A stretch of 18,865 bases of DNA from Octopus sinensis (lineage: Eukaryota), in assembly GCF_006345805.1 (NCBI RefSeq), contig NW_021824474.1, forward strand, positions 1-18,865. The letters run 5' to 3'. Below are positions 18,756-18,865 of this stretch, piece after piece. Within the stretch, counting starts at the first letter, position 1. Each line of letters starts with the position of its first letter. The notes below the pieces were generated by a model that saw only the letters and a program-made list of their open reading frames with translations, ran no database searches and was not told where the DNA came from. Position numbers and translations under genes: made by a program.

Positions 18756-18865
18756 TTGGAATGAGCACCTGCTACTTGCTTCAAAACATTTGGAAGAGAA
18801 GAGCAAAGCCGTTGTCGACCCCAGTCATCAGCTGGTCCGTTTCAAAGGACTTTCAAACGGAGTAA

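Noticed and set aside
18815-18860. Minus-strand GAAA-GTCC..GGAC..CTGATGA as a hammerhead
   Set aside because: There is no UH cleavage site after the stem and no room for stem I; it is more likely a decayed SINE-A body fragment.

Overview
AT-rich, repeat-dense eukaryotic non-coding DNA (intronic or intergenic). The SINE families, the (TAT)n/(TA)n/(GATA)n load and the MITEs strongly suggest an Octopus (coleoid cephalopod) genome; this is recognised from memory, not from a search. There is no convincing full protein-coding gene, rRNA, functional tRNA or CRISPR array, and almost all ORFs in the track are microsatellite or antisense-SINE artefacts. The window contains three tRNA-derived SINE groups (called A, B and C here), four DNA-transposon-type elements (a hAT MITE with an 8-bp TSD, two Tc1/mariner-type MITEs and a 279-bp loopless foldback), 5'-truncated 3' ends of non-LTR elements abutting (TAA)n tracts, and a probable Penelope-like terminal-repeat fragment with a degenerate minimal hammerhead-ribozyme motif. 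It also has two local tandem duplications and two non-repetitive islands (about 6.6-7.9 kb and 9.9-10.25 kb) that may be exonic or regulatory. The most intriguing signals are: SINE-A dimers joined at the same nucleotide in the loop of an extended anticodon-like hairpin in three places; SINE-A TSDs ending in AATATT; a covarying hairpin shared by two SINE families; a MITE carrying a captured SINE fragment; and the hammerhead-like motif.
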